A stretch of 64,000 nucleotides of DNA from Chloropicon primus (lineage: Eukaryota): the NCBI GenBank assembly GCA_023205875.1, contig CP060755.1, positions 1,612,001 through 1,676,000 of the forward strand. The letters run 5' to 3'. Numbering within the stretch: position 1 is the first letter of the stretch; the number at the start of each line of letters is the position of its first letter. Below, one piece after another: positions 22,501 to 34,989 of this stretch. The notes beneath the pieces were generated by a model. That model saw nothing but the letters and a program-made list of their open reading frames with translations, was not told the DNA's origin and ran no database searches. A program made the position numbers and the translations under genes.

Positions 22501-25500
22501 TTTGCTCGACACCCCCCTCAGCAGTAGACTTCAAAGCGTCGTGTGCGCGCTGGCCTACTTCCAGCTGAAATTCTGAATCCTGCAGCTGCTCAAAAGCTTC
22601 CTTCAACTCGGCATTGCCAGAAGAGGTTTTACGAGCTACTCTCTCTGGATTTGAGAGCAACTTCAAATAGCAGTCTAGTTCCAAAAGCAAAGGCGACATC
22701 CATCTTGGTTGGGGCTTCCCTTTCGCACTATCGGTCCTCAAGAGCTCGACACAGCGAGGAATGATTCCGCACTCCAAAGCATGGTTTCTTACTGCCTCGT
22801 CTTTGCATGAAAGGAGAAGCAGTATGTGAAGAGCCACGAAAGTGTGAAAATCTGGAGATTGTGACAGTTTGGACATCAGCAACTTCACAATATTCCTCGT
22901 GTTTTCTTCCTTTTTCTCTTCACCATCAAGCACAATGCGCACAAGGACCTCGACAAGAGCAAAGGAATTTGTGAGAACAACTTCCTCGCCGTCCCCAAGG
23001 CAATTAAAAGAAACGTGGAGAAAATCTTCTACGCTTGGCAGGTGCAGCTGTCGAACATCCTGCGTCCCGCAAGACGGTTTCTGCCCCTTTTTCTTTTGGG
23101 CATCCTTTGGTTCCAAGGACATGGCCATTGCGCGCGCTAACTCATCGTCCTCCTCCTCCTCCTCGGGCTCTTCAGGGTGATTGAGAAGCCATTCCATGGC
23201 GATCTCCAAATTGTTTGACTTGACTTTGTTCAGTGCAGTCTCTGCCTGTTTTCTTGAGAATCCCATGGCCAAAATTTGCTCAATGATGCTTTCGCTAGGC
23301 TCAAATGCCTTCTCCTTCACGCTTGCGCTCGAAGGAGTGGTGCCCTTTGCTTCTCGGGCTGCATTGTGAAAAATGACCAGCAGCGCAGAGATCACCTGGG
23401 GAGGCAATCTTTGCCTCATACCAGCTTTCCATGCCTTGGTCGCTTCTTCTAAGACTTGGTGAAGCACCATCATGAACAATTGGTTGGAGTCTTGAGGTAC
23501 GTCCACTTCAGTGATACTGCGATCTCCAAACACTTCCGAGACCAAGCCCTCTGGGAACTTGGCCAAGAGCAGATGCGAAGTCGCCGTATTTACCAAGAGT
23601 GTTGACGGATTCAGCACAGACCCAAGAAAGATCAAGATCTTTGTGATAACCTTCGTCAGGGACTTTGACTCCTCCTTGTCCCGACTTTGACTGCTGCAGA
23701 GCATTGCCACATGGCTGCTCAAGCATTTCAAAGTCCTTTGGAGCACTGATCCCCTGATGAATGCGTTTATCAACAAAAAGTTGCAAGACTTCCTCCTCGG
23801 ATCTGCAAGCAAGTTGCTTATATCCTCGATCGACTGCGACACGAAAGACAGCTTTGCTCTCCTGAGCATTCCTTGACAGCATTCCCGCTCAAGGCTCTTA
23901 TCTGCATCGATCACAAACTTTTCCAAGCTCGAGGAGTCATCTTGCTTCTCCGAGAAGATAAAGTAATCAAAGCAGAGCCTTGCCAGAGCTGCAGCAGAAT
24001 CATAGGATTGCTTCCTGGGACTTGTTCTCAAATGAAGACTCCTGCTCGATCCTCTGTCACTTTGTGTATTCCTTGCCAGTGCCTGAAACAATTGTCTGAC
24101 GCTAATCAGTACCCTGCTGACAACATCAATAAACGGCTCAGACTTTGAGTATCTTTTGTGAGTCGAAGTCGTATCTGATTGCCTCGAGCTCCCGCGTGGT
24201 TCTGCGCCGCTATTGCTTTGCTCTGCAACGCTTTTGCCTGAGGTCCCTTTTCCATCAGATTCGCGAGGAGCAGAGCCGCTTTTATCGTTTGCCTTGCTGT
24301 CGTGATACCTCTTCACTTCTTCAAAGAGACAGGAGCACCAAATCAAGGACGACTGAAATGATCCGAGAAGCTCTAACAATTTTGCGCTGTAATCGATCGA
24401 AAAACCATTCAGCGTCAATGACGAGCTCCTAAGAAGATTCCCAGAGAGAGAAAATATGCCCTCTAAGGCATACAGGGTTCCCAGGATAGGCCTTTCCTTC
24501 ACACCCGGAAAAGACAACGTCTGGTCTTTGCCTTTTGCATCGTCTGAACGACCATTCGGCTGTTTCTTCACAGTATGGTCTTCAAGCATGTAGGAACAAA
24601 TCATTGACATCAAGTCGTGGCTCTCTACACCCTTCCAAGCACTAAGCAGCGCCTCGAGCTCCTTGATTAGAGAAGTCGCAACCTCCTTTGAGTGAGACGG
24701 GTTCAGCACTCGGAAGGTCGAAAACAATTGATGAGTTGTTGCCGGGCTTTGTTTTTTCACAGGAATCGTGTAAAGCTTCAGCAGAAATTTGATTCCTCCC
24801 TTTTGCACAAAAGCCTTGCCGACAGAAGGATTCGACAACATTGCTTCTAACAATCTCGCAACGTTGATGACTATTTCTGACATCGAATCCAGGTAAACAT
24901 CTGACGCAGAGGGTTGAGAGGAAGACGAAGGCCTCCCAGATCCATCAAGAGTCGAATCTGTGTCCATGGGCTGGGAGCTGCTCGCTTGACCAGCACTGTT
25001 GTCGCACCTTGAATCATCTCCCGATTCATTTTTGATGGCAGAAACCTGCTGTTCTTTCTTCAACTCCTCACCAATGCCCATGATTTTGTCCACAATGGTG
25101 AACATGACGTCAATGCAAGTCTCCTTCATTTCTGGCACGTGCCTCACTAACTCGTCCAAGCCATTGCCAAGCATGGATGGAGTGTCTCCCTGCAAAGCCC
25201 GACAATGCTGAGGAGACGTAAAGATAGAGACGAGGCAGTCCAAAACTTTGGATTTCTGAACAGCTTTCAGGCCCTTCTTGTTCAGACACAACGCCACCAA
25301 GGTCGAGGGAAGGCAGCAGACCGTATCCGGGGTCACAAGGACACCGTTTTGAACAGTTTCCAAGAAAGCTTTCGGCAGTTTGTGCTTCTCGATGATCGGA
25401 AAGCACGTTGGATCATGGTGGAGGATGTCTGCCATGACGGTAGAGGCAAGCGAAAAGACACTGCTTCCAAGATCCTTTGCCTGCTTGAATATTGCCTCCA

Positions 25501-27239
25501 AGCACTGTGGGAGACCCGAGCTCTCCCCGTCAAAGGTGAGCCTACTCTGTGACCACTCTGTGTCACTGTAGCAAGTCAAGGCGGCAGCCCTTAGAATGGA
25601 TTTTACGAGAAACCGCTTTGCGAGCACTTTACTAGCCCCCAGGCTGGCACCTTGCTCTTCCGTGCCGTTTTTGCAGTCTTCCATCTCAGAGTCGTTTTCG
25701 AGCAATCCCAGCTCCTTCTGCAAGCGCATTATCATCGCCTTGAGACCTTGAAACTCGCGAAATGTCCTCATCACTGAGGGATCACGTTCCACCAGGGCCT
25801 CCAAGATTCGCACAGCGCCAGAGACGATCTGGAGGTGGGGGCCAGTGTATGCCTTGATGATATCCACAAGTATTTGCACTAGGCCCAACTGGGCCAACAT
25901 GGCACAGCCCTGGTTTGACACAGACAAGACTGACACAAGAGACAGCAGGGACTCCAGCAGCTTCTTTCTTTCCTGCGTACCAGTGTTTGCGGCCTCGATC
26001 ACCTCCTTTAGGAAGCGCACAAATTTCTCTTTTTGCTTTCCGCTGTTGAGGTTGCGGAGAAACAGGGATTGCCTGCTCCTGTCACAGCACATGGACGCCA
26101 GCGCCCTCGCCGCCAAATTTTGCAAGTCTCCACAGCCTGCCTCCTTGTTGTGAAGGATGTTCAGCAGATCCAGGACGAGGTCAGGCTCGTTGAGTAACAG
26201 AGACAAATCTTCGTGGTCCGGGCTGGACTGAAAGAGGATGTGGAACGCGGAGAGCCTCATCCTCACCGCATCCACTCTGCTTTGGGGTTCCTTGAGGCTT
26301 CTGACGATCCTGATACGATTCAGGAGAGCAAAGCGCAACTTGAGAGGCACGCCGTACTCCTTCGTTAGGTGCTCGCACACCTCCAGGTTACTCCCGTGCT
26401 GCAAGCTCTGGTGCGTGTCCTTCAACTGGATCACTTGGTGACCCTTGGCTTTCCCCTTGGTCTCCTCGTCCCTGAAAAACTCAAAGTGCAACTCGAACCT
26501 TGAGCCGCCGCCGCTGCTGCTGCTCGCCGCATCGCTGGGGTCGCCCCTCGCTGTTACGCACGAGTACATCGATGAATACGCTTCGATGCCACCCCAACCC
26601 TGGGCCAGGGAGAATATTCTGCTGTAGAGCTCCGTGTTCCCGTGGTGCCACCGGGCGGTCGACTGGAACTGGGACCTGCGCGATATAGTCACAAGAGTGC
26701 TGAGCGACGCAAACACGACCTCAGGCTGCGATGCCGCGAGAAGGTTCGCGAGGTGGTCCAGCGACCCGTAAGCGTGCTTGCTCGTGCAGTTCTCCAGTAT
26801 TGTCCTCGACACCCGAAGAACCTCGAGGCAGGTCTCCACCGGGAACTCCTCCTTGGGCGCATGCGCCTCGTTCTCCCAATCCAGAGTGAAGCGGTGGCAT
26901 TTGACGTGCTTTTCGAACCAAGCGTCGAACAAGTTGAAGAGTTCCAGCCAGTGATTGAACTCTCCTCGGTCGAAACGGGACTGGTATTGATCGCTCCACT
27001 CGAAGGCCCTGAGCGCCTGCAGGAAGCCCTCGTCGCTCTTCCCGCCCTCGTCGGCGATGGCAGCGATGGCCTCCCTCACGGCCTCGGGCTAGGCAAGACG
27101 AACGAACGCAAAACAATGACTCAGCATATAGGTCCTTGGGGGTGGCGCGACAGCCGTGTTGGGCTGGCGGGAAGAGAAAACAAGTGTTGAAAGGCAAGGC
27201 ACTTACCACCTTGACGTTCTTCCGCGTCTTCACCCTCAT
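16571..27239 (-). CDS. UPL1: HECT E3 ubiquitin ligase, UPL1/HUWE1/Tom1 family (~3500 aa), 2 exons (27239-27207, 27088-16571)
   Basis: MRVKTRKNVKV|PEAVREAI start, DUF908/913-like N-terminus, UBA (ILAMGFSR...AMEWLL), UIM (DDELARAMAMSL), UBM repeats (IDPAFLEALP), HECT with LPTSHTCFNQL, ending GFGFV. Confidence 0.95.
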
Positions 27240-27699
27240 CCTTTATCTTCCTGTCTCGACGCTCTCCAGCTCCCTTCCTTAGTTCATCGTCCTCGTCCCG
27301 ACCTACGCTTCACGTACTCCACCCCTCTTCGAGCTGAGCTCCCGTGTGCTCCGAACCGTTTCGTGCTCCGCGGGTGCTCGCCGGCAAGGCGTTCGGCTCC
27401 TTCTCCTTCTCCTTCTCCTTCTCTCCCCGCCCCCCAGGCACCCTACGCGACCCCCCTCACGAGGTCTCCTCCCTTCCCTTTCCCTTCCTCCCCTCTCTCT
27501 CTTCTCGCTCTCTCTCGCGCGCGCCAGTCGGAGTCCGTCTTCTCGACGTCGACGATCGCCTCTCTCTCTCTCTCTGGCTCTTTCTTTTGGTTTCGCGATC
27601 GACAGAGGACGGGGGGGAGGAGAACGCGGACGCGGAGGCCCTCTGAAGGAAGAGGAGGAGGCGTGGTGTGCGTGCGTGTGCGTGTGGAGAACTGTCCTC
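27240..27699. promoter_or_regulatory. Putative bidirectional promoter/5' UTR region between the two HECT genes
   Basis: 460 bp between divergent ATGs, with CT-rich tracts. Function inferred from position only. Confidence 0.5.
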
Positions 27700-30690
27700 A
27701 TGTTCTTCGACGGGGATCACCGAACGCGGAGGAGGAAGGTGAAACTGGGGGGGAGGAGCAAGGTGCAGGATAGGCAGCAGACCCTCCAGGAGGCGAGGAG
27801 GCAGAGGGAGGAGAGGCAGAGGAGGAGGAAGGAGGAAGAGGCTTCGAGGACCATTGGAGCCTCCGTGAGGGGAAGGCATGTGGCCAGGGAGGAGAAGAGG
27901 AGGGTGAGGGAGGAATGGGTAGAGAGGAATGGGGTACTGGGCGAGACGCTCGCGGAGTGCTCGGCCGGTGGGGAGGCTGGGCTGCTCGCCGTGAGGCAGC
28001 TCGTCTTCTTCGCCGATCACACGAGGCAGGACGCGCTCAGGCTCTGCTCGGTGTGCGATATGGCGAGGAGGAGCTTCAAAGAAGTCTGGCTGGACGAGGC
28101 GCGGTGCGAGCGGGCGGGCAGGCTCCCGAGTCTCTGCCACTTGCTGGTGGCCAGAAGCGTGTCGCTCCTGAAAAGGAGCGACTGGCTCGAGGGGCAAGAG
28201 CCGGGAAACGCTTGCGGGTCGGAGGGAGGGGGAGGGGACTTGGTGATCAAGGCTATCGAATCCGTGCTGCCCTTTCTTGAACTGTACCTGGACCTCGACA
28301 GGCGCTGCGGCGCGGCAGTCGATGCGGCCGTCGCAAGGACTCTCGCCTTCGTCGTCCAGTCGGGCCTATACCAGTGCGTCGCAAAGCTGCTCGAGTTGGC
28401 GGAGGCCGTGCCAGAGCACCGGGGTCAAATAGAACAGACTTTGATCAAGCTGGTCAAGAGGTGCTTGGAGGAAGAGCTCGTCCACAGCGATCTCTTGGAC
28501 CTGCTAACGGTGACGTGGGTTTTCGAAGAGGGGAGCAAGTTCATGGCAACTCTGAGGGAGCCCTTGTGGGAGGGACTCATGGGGGCGGCGGCCACACCCC
28601 AGGGGGCCGGAATGGTAGGGAGGCTGCTGGAGAGGCACAAAGGCGACGGTGACGTCCACGTGACCTTGCTGAACAACTTCCTGCGGCTGTCCAGGAGTCA
28701 GAGAAATCAATCTAGGTACCTGGCCCCCTTTGTTGGCTTGCTGGACTCTCTGCTCGCCCCCTCGCTCGATGCCAGGCCCGGGGCGGAGCCTCGTGGGGAC
28801 GCCGGTAGAGCCTCGGAGGAGTTGAGCCTGATAGTCACAATGCTGACGGAGAACGTGGAGATGTGGAACGGCTTATCGAAGTCCATCCTGCCCGGCACGG
28901 CGAGCGAGGAGATGAGCCAAGAGAAATTGGATGGAACCCTGGCTCTCGTTTCGCTCTTCTCGAAGCTGATCACGCACTGTGGGGACGCCCAGGCCCTTGT
29001 AGTGATGCTGACCTCGCTCGCGTTCAAAGTTCAGTTTCTGGAGAAGCTGTGGTTCTTCGTGAGGAGCCAGTTGGATTTGGCCTCCATCAGCGAGGGTGAC
29101 CAGGACGACATCAGCAAATCCATCGTCGTGCTTTGCACGGTTCACGTTCTCAGGTTGCAGATCATCAACGACAAGGAGTACTACCAGCAGAATTCCCTCA
29201 TGGACGTCTCAGAACTGAATGACGTTGTGGTGTACATCAAAACGTACATCTCCAACCTGATCGAAAGCAGGCAGCTTTCCGTGGATGACATGGAGGGCAG
29301 CCACCTTTCGTGGTACGAAAAGATGCTGTTTCACAAAGCTGTGGACCACCTGGATAAGCTTCACGAGCAGAACGGCAGGTATCACCTGGTGGAGGATGCC
29401 TCGTTCCACCTGAAAATCACTGCTGACGAGGCATTCCTGAAAGATGCTGAGAACGGAGGGAAGGCGAGATTGATTTGCGTGTACTGCCCCTACTTCATAC
29501 CGTTCCACGACAGGGTGAAGATCTTCAGGCACTTTCTTGAGAAGGACAGGGCCGATTACTACAGCAATCTTCCCCCGGAAGTGAGGATGAACCCTTTCCT
29601 CAGCGCCAAGACGGTGGTCATACGGAGGAAGTACATTCTGGAGGACGGGTACAGCAAGCTCGATCATCTGGGCCAGGCGTTGAAGTGCATCGTGAGGATC
29701 CAGTTCATCAACGAGCTTGGGGAGGATGAGGCCGGCGTGGATGGCGGGGGGCTCTTCAAGGATTTTCTGGAGAATTTAATCACGACGGCCTTTGATACCC
29801 AGTATGGGTTCTTCAAGGCGAATCCGGAGAACAAGCTCTACCCAAATCCTTCCTCGAGTTCTGTGACGACGGAACATCTCAATTTTTTCCGCTTCTTCGG
29901 CAGGATGATCGGCAAGGCCATCTACGAGGGAATTCTGGTGGACGTGCCCTTCGCCGAGTTCTTCCTTCGCAAGATCAGGGGGAAGAAGAATGGATTCGAT
30001 GACTTGCAGACTCTGGACAAGGAGCTTCACAACAATTTGTGCTTCTTGCGGGGCTACGAGGGGAAGATTGAGGATCTTGGCCTGTACTTTGCTGTGGAGC
30101 AGGACAACTTTGGCAGGGTCGTCGTGGAGGACCTTATTCCCAAGGGGAAGGACACGCTCGTCTCCAACGCTAGCGTGATAAAGTACATTCACTTGATGGC
30201 GAACTTCAAGCTGAACATTCAGATGAAGCAGCAATCCATGGCGTTCATGCAAGGCCTGCAGGACCTGGTGAACCAGGAGTGGATATCCCTGTTCAATGAC
30301 TCGGAGCTGCAAGAGCTGATATCTGGCTCGGAGAAGGGCTTTGACTTGGAGGACATGAGAAAGAGCATGCACTATTCGGGGGGCTACAACGAGGCCCACC
30401 CTGTGATCAAGACTTTCTGGTCAGTGGTCTCGGGGTTCACCATAGAGGAGCAGCAGAAGCTTTTGAAGTTCATCACGGCTTGCTCGCGACCCCCGCTCCT
30501 GGGCTTTTCCTTCCTTGAACCGCAGCTTTGTATCCAAAAGGGAGGAGGCAACGAGGGGGACTGCTCGAGGCTGCCTACTGCGGCGACGTGCATGAACTTG
30601 CTCAAGCTGCCTCCGTACGCGACCAAGGAGGAGATGGACGAGAAGATCAGGTACGCCATCAACAGTGGCAGCGGGTTTGACTTGTCTTGA
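27700..30690 (+). CDS. UPL6: HECT E3 ubiquitin ligase, UPL6/UBE3C family
   Basis: MFFDGD...VKLGGRSK start like plant UPL6, degenerate IQ, EAGVDGGGLFKDF, RLPTAATCMNLLKLP, ending GFDLS. Confidence 0.92.
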   Translation: MFFDGDHRTRRRKVKLGGRSKVQDRQQTLQEARRQREERQRRRKEEEASRTIGASVRGRHVAREEKRRVREEWVERNGVLGETLAECSAGGEAGLLAVRQLVFFADHTRQDALRLCSVCDMARRSFKEVWLDEARCERAGRLPSLCHLLVARSVSLLKRSDWLEGQEPGNACGSEGGGGDLVIKAIESVLPFLELYLDLDRRCGAAVDAAVARTLAFVVQSGLYQCVAKLLELAEAVPEHRGQIEQTLIKLVKRCLEEELVHSDLLDLLTVTWVFEEGSKFMATLREPLWEGLMGAAATPQGAGMVGRLLERHKGDGDVHVTLLNNFLRLSRSQRNQSRYLAPFVGLLDSLLAPSLDARPGAEPRGDAGRASEELSLIVTMLTENVEMWNGLSKSILPGTASEEMSQEKLDGTLALVSLFSKLITHCGDAQALVVMLTSLAFKVQFLEKLWFFVRSQLDLASISEGDQDDISKSIVVLCTVHVLRLQIINDKEYYQQNSLMDVSELNDVVVYIKTYISNLIESRQLSVDDMEGSHLSWYEKMLFHKAVDHLDKLHEQNGRYHLVEDASFHLKITADEAFLKDAENGGKARLICVYCPYFIPFHDRVKIFRHFLEKDRADYYSNLPPEVRMNPFLSAKTVVIRRKYILEDGYSKLDHLGQALKCIVRIQFINELGEDEAGVDGGGLFKDFLENLITTAFDTQYGFFKANPENKLYPNPSSSSVTTEHLNFFRFFGRMIGKAIYEGILVDVPFAEFFLRKIRGKKNGFDDLQTLDKELHNNLCFLRGYEGKIEDLGLYFAVEQDNFGRVVVEDLIPKGKDTLVSNASVIKYIHLMANFKLNIQMKQQSMAFMQGLQDLVNQEWISLFNDSELQELISGSEKGFDLEDMRKSMHYSGGYNEAHPVIKTFWSVVSGFTIEEQQKLLKFITACSRPPLLGFSFLEPQLCIQKGGGNEGDCSRLPTAATCMNLLKLPPYATKEEMDEKIRYAINSGSGFDLS

Positions 30691-30729
30691 CCGACTTGAT
30701 GATTCATAATTGTATTAAAGAATTTTATT

Positions 30730-32391
30730 TCACCTCTTCCGTCTCTTCTTCTGGCCCTTTCTGTCTCGCCTCAAGTACTCCTCGACGTCGCCTGACATTG
30801 CCGAACTTATCAAATGCTGCGACAAGATGCCCTCCGTCGAGTTCCTGGCCTCCTCCGTGTTGATGATGACGACCTGATCGAATTCCAGATCGAAGCGCAG
30901 GTACTCCAGGCTGCAGTTCTCTATCATGTCAACCAAGTGGTACAAGTTCTCGACCTTTTCGCCGTTGAAGGACTTGACCTGAGTGTTGACGATGTCCTCG
31001 TAGCCCACGTTCACTTTGGCCGGCAGCACCGAGCTCAGCACGACGACCTCCTCCCCCTCCTTCTCGGGAAATGCGTGGACTCGTCTCAGCAGGTGCACGG
31101 GCGCTTCGTACATGTAGTCCTTCCCGTACTCGCTCTTGAGGAACTTGAGATTGACGGGGGTGAAGAACAAACCCGCTATGACGAAATACGACGGCCGCCT
31201 CTCCTCGATGTGCTGCGGCACGAGACGGCGGGGGGGGAGCAGCACCGGCTTGATGATCATCGCCTTCGCGTTCGCCCTCGCAACCTTCCCCTCCTCCGTT
31301 CTCAGGACCTTCACCTTGGCGCTCTCTCCCGAGAACTTCTGAGAGACCAGGTAGGTGAAATTGATTCGCTCCCCGGAGCGGAACTGAACCGTGCCGTCGT
31401 TGGCGATCTCGACCCCCTCGAACTCAAGCAGGATATCTCCCCTCCTCAACAGCTTCGAGCTCGGCGACGTTTGGTTCACGCGCTTGATCAGCACGCCCTT
31501 CTGGTCCTTTCTCATCCCGAGCGCCTTCCTCAGAGCCGCGTTCTCCATCGACTGGTACACGACGCCCAGAGTGGGAAAGCCCGTGTACTTTTGGTTCCTC
31601 TCGAAGTCCGCGATAAAGTGCTCGACCACTGGGGTGGGGATCACGTACCCGCAGTTCTCCGCGTCCTCGTTCTTCAGGCTCTGGAAAGCGATCCCGACGC
31701 ACTGGCCCTCGCTGTTGAAGGCTGGGCCCCCGCTATTGCCAGAATTGATCGCGGCGTCGATCTGCAAGCTCAGCAAGTCCGTGGCGCCGTGGATGTACGA
31801 AGTCACCTCGATTCGGCTCACGACCCCAGATGTGACGCTTATGGTATCCCCCCCCACGGGGTAGCCAATGACGGTGACGTCGTCCTGCAGGCTGGGGAGG
31901 CTGCCGAACTCAATGGAACGGAGGCCTTTCCAGAAGTTCTCGTCGTCCACCGTGAGCATCGCGATATCGCACTCGATTCCGATCGATAGGACCCTCGCCA
32001 GGTACTTCTCGTCGCTCCCCCTGCGCTTGACCTTAACCTGGGTGTGGTGCTCCACCGAGTGCGCGTTCGTGAGGATCACCATGCCCCTCTCGTTCGCGCT
32101 CCGGATCACGAAACCCGAGCTCGTCGAGTTCACCCCCCGTTTCTTCTGCCAGGGCAAGCTGAAGTTGGGCTCCGTGTGCGTGCAGTAAACCTTGACGATG
32201 GAATCCATCACGTCCTTCGGGTCCGCGTCCCCCCCGTCCAGCTCCAATGCAGAGTCTGCCGGCTCCGCCATTCCGTTCAGCAGTCCCCTCCTGCTCTTCG
32301 GCGAGGACGCTCCCGGCGACGGTCCCGTCGTGTCCTTGTCCGCCCTCGTCCCCCCCCTCCTCGCTCGCGCCTTGGCCTGCCTCCCCGTCAT
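30730..32391 (-). CDS. Deg/HtrA serine protease, DEG9-like
   Basis: [32 protein letters not shown] triad and two PDZ-like domains. Basic C-terminus KKRRKR. First ATG at 32391. Confidence 0.9.
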   Translation of the reverse strand: MTGRQAKARARRGGTRADKDTTGPSPGASSPKSRRGLLNGMAEPADSALELDGGDADPKDVMDSIVKVYCTHTEPNFSLPWQKKRGVNSTSSGFVIRSANERGMVILTNAHSVEHHTQVKVKRRGSDEKYLARVLSIGIECDIAMLTVDDENFWKGLRSIEFGSLPSLQDDVTVIGYPVGGDTISVTSGVVSRIEVTSYIHGATDLLSLQIDAAINSGNSGGPAFNSEGQCVGIAFQSLKNEDAENCGYVIPTPVVEHFIADFERNQKYTGFPTLGVVYQSMENAALRKALGMRKDQKGVLIKRVNQTSPSSKLLRRGDILLEFEGVEIANDGTVQFRSGERINFTYLVSQKFSGESAKVKVLRTEEGKVARANAKAMIIKPVLLPPRRLVPQHIEERRPSYFVIAGLFFTPVNLKFLKSEYGKDYMYEAPVHLLRRVHAFPEKEGEEVVVLSSVLPAKVNVGYEDIVNTQVKSFNGEKVENLYHLVDMIENCSLEYLRFDLEFDQVVIINTEEARNSTEGILSQHLISSAMSGDVEEYLRRDRKGQKKRRKR

Positions 32392-32531
32392 TCCCCTCCC
32401 TCCGCAAGTCTTCGGTCCCAAACCAAAAGGTCCTCCGTCCTTGAGTCTCCTGGGTGTGCCCCCCCCTCTTCCTCGCCCCTCTTCAAAGCAGAAGCAGGAG
32501 AGAGAGGGAGAGAGGAGTGGATAAGGCGAGG

Positions 32532-33311
32532 ATGAAGATAGGGACGTGCGAGGCCCCGAGAGGGCTGGAGGTGGAGAGGGGGGAGAGGGAGTGGGGGCGG
32601 GAGATGGTGGGGACGAGGTTTGCGCCCTCGCTCCTGGCCAAGGTGGGTGTGGCGAGGGGGAAGGCCTGCGTGGCGTCCGTCGCCAACGAAGCCGCCCAGC
32701 AGGCGTCGACCAACGCCGCGAGGTCCACCCCCCCGAACCTCCCGCTCGCCCAGAAGATCTCCATCGGGACGCCAGTGACGGGCAAGAAGGCGAAGACCGG
32801 CCCGGTCATGGCGAGTAGGAACGCCAAGGCGGAGAGGTTCAAGGTGTTCCAGGTGATGGGCGACGGGCGGTGCATGTTCCGCGCTCTTGTCATCGGCCTG
32901 GCCCTGACCAAGGGCAAGTTCGTGAGCAAGCGGTCGGAGGAGGCGGAGGCGGACACCCTCCGCATTGCGGCCGCGGAGGCCCTGTGCCGGTCGGCCAGGA
33001 TCCAGGACAGGTACGCCGACTCCGCCTTCACCGTGAAGAGCGAGTACGGCTCCGTGGATAACTACTGCGAGCTCGTGAAGACGCCGGACTTTTGGGGCGG
33101 GAACGCGGAGCTCATGGTCCTTTCGGACATGCTGGAGCAGCCCATCGTCGTGTACAGGCCGGAGAGGGAGGCGAGAGGCAAGGGGAAGGGGTTTGTCCCC
33201 TACGTGTACTACGGCACCGAGTACCTCAGGGAGACCGCCAAGGGGAAGGTCAAGAAGCCCGTGAACCTCCTGTACTCCAAGGGTAACCACTACGACCTCC
33301 TCGTGAAGTGA
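32532..33311 (+). CDS. OTU-family deubiquitinase
   Basis: GDGRCMFRA (Cys), [14 protein letters not shown] (His). Confidence 0.9.
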   Translation: MKIGTCEAPRGLEVERGEREWGREMVGTRFAPSLLAKVGVARGKACVASVANEAAQQASTNAARSTPPNLPLAQKISIGTPVTGKKAKTGPVMASRNAKAERFKVFQVMGDGRCMFRALVIGLALTKGKFVSKRSEEAEADTLRIAAAEALCRSARIQDRYADSAFTVKSEYGSVDNYCELVKTPDFWGGNAELMVLSDMLEQPIVVYRPEREARGKGKGFVPYVYYGTEYLRETAKGKVKKPVNLLYSKGNHYDLLVK

Positions 33312-34683
33312 CTGCTCTTGGCGTGGGTGCCTACAGAGGGAATTGAGAATATACCGGTGATGTGACAACCTTTTTTGTGACATAATCTTTTCCGTGTTCG
33401 TCTTTTCCCGTGCCGCATGGATTGTCTTCGTCGATATCGATCGAACATGTCATGGATGGATGGATGGATGGATGGAGGGCCTCCAGCCTCCTTTCCTTTC
33501 CTTCCCGGCCCACAGATCAGATCTTTTCCCTTTCCCCTCCCTTCCCTCTCCGAACGAACGTTATTCAATCAAATAACGAATAACGTACGAAATTTGGTTT
33601 TGGAGGCGGGCAGAGGAGACCACAGCACTCGGGCGGCAAAAAGGCGCGTCCACAGGCGTTGCCGCAGGAGGACGCGGAGGACGCAGGGTTTGCCTCGTCT
33701 CACTCCCGCCCTGGGTCATTCTCAACAGGGAAGGGTAGCGCACGACGCGACCACGAAGAGGAAGAGGAAGAGGTCTCGGTCGATTGAGCGACACCATACA
33801 CAAGCGATGTGCAGCACGGTCGCTCGTCGAAGCGGCCTCCGTCCTCTGGACTTGAACAACCCCAACAAGATCTGCAGGGAGGTTCTCTCGGAGCTTCGGG
33901 GGAGGCCTGACGCGACGCGGGTCAATCACCTGAAGACCATCTTCGACGCGGCCGAGTCCATCAAAGTGCTGACGTGCAACCACTGCGTCGAGTGCTGCAA
34001 CCCGCCGCTCTGCACGGAGGCGGACGGGAGGGAGCTGGCGTCGCTGGAGCACTTGAGGGGAGTCGTCCACCACGCCGCGCCGAACGTGAGGTCACAGAGG
34101 GTGGGAATGCCTCCCCTCACCGCACCGGACGCCGCGAGCGTGGACGCCGCCCCCTCGGCGCTCTGGCGGAGGAGGGCGGGGGCCCGCGGGGGCCTTCGGC
34201 GGCTGGCGCTGCCCGACTCGTACACGAACATACCGAGGATTTTCCAGGAAATCCTCCTGGTGAGCGACAGCGCGCGGAGGACGACGACTCCTCTCGCACG
34301 GCTCTTGCCGAGGAGCGTCGGCGAGGAGAACGTCCCGCCTCGACAGCGGAAGAGCGGGAAGAGGAAGAGGTCCCTCGCCGAGATCGAGACGAAGGACGTG
34401 AGTTTCTCCAGGAGCCAGAGCCTCTGCTCCGACTTCTCGACGGAGTTCCGCTTCGAGGGCGTCGCGGACGGGTCCCCGGATTCCGTGGGGACTCTCTCGA
34501 ACCAGAATCCGGGGGAGAGGGAGTGCCAACCCGCCAAGCTCAGACTGAAGGGGATCCTGGCCTCTTACCGCATGCTCTCGCACATGATGGAGCTCGGCAA
34601 GGCGCTTGGGACGGTCGCTGCGCGGCACTAAGTGAGGGGCCGCCCGGACCACGAGCTGCGATGATCCACGGAAGTGGGTGGAT
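33289..34683 (+). repeat. 1395-bp direct repeat, copy 1
   Basis: Matches 38786-40180 at offset 5497; no differences seen by eye, and the ORF-track translations are identical. Confidence 0.97.
33807..34631 (+). CDS. Hypothetical 274-aa protein, copy 1
   Basis: ATG 33807, GC3-rich codons, Cys cluster CNHCVECCNPPLC, basic patch RKSGKRKR, TGTAA at 34700. Confidence 0.65.
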   Translation: MCSTVARRSGLRPLDLNNPNKICREVLSELRGRPDATRVNHLKTIFDAAESIKVLTCNHCVECCNPPLCTEADGRELASLEHLRGVVHHAAPNVRSQRVGMPPLTAPDAASVDAAPSALWRRRAGARGGLRRLALPDSYTNIPRIFQEILLVSDSARRTTTPLARLLPRSVGEENVPPRQRKSGKRKRSLAEIETKDVSFSRSQSLCSDFSTEFRFEGVADGSPDSVGTLSNQNPGERECQPAKLRLKGILASYRMLSHMMELGKALGTVAARH

Positions 34684-34989
34684 TGAGCCCACACACTTAT
34701 GTAATAATATTTCCCCCATTGGGGCAGAGCGACCTCGTATTAAATCGGTAGCGCACCACACGACACTGTGATTTTTTTTGATTCTGGAAGAGGACACCCT
34801 CCTCCTCCCTCCCCTCCCCCGTGCTCCTCCTCCACCACCCGCTCTCCCCCCTCGCATTCGTTCACCTGGTCCGTCCCCTCATTCATTCTAACGCTCGCTC
34901 GGCTTTTTTTTTTCCTCGTCGACGTCGAGGCGAAGGGAGAGGGGTTTCCCGTCCGCCCTTCGTTCTTTCGTGTTTCCGCGGGGCTGCCG

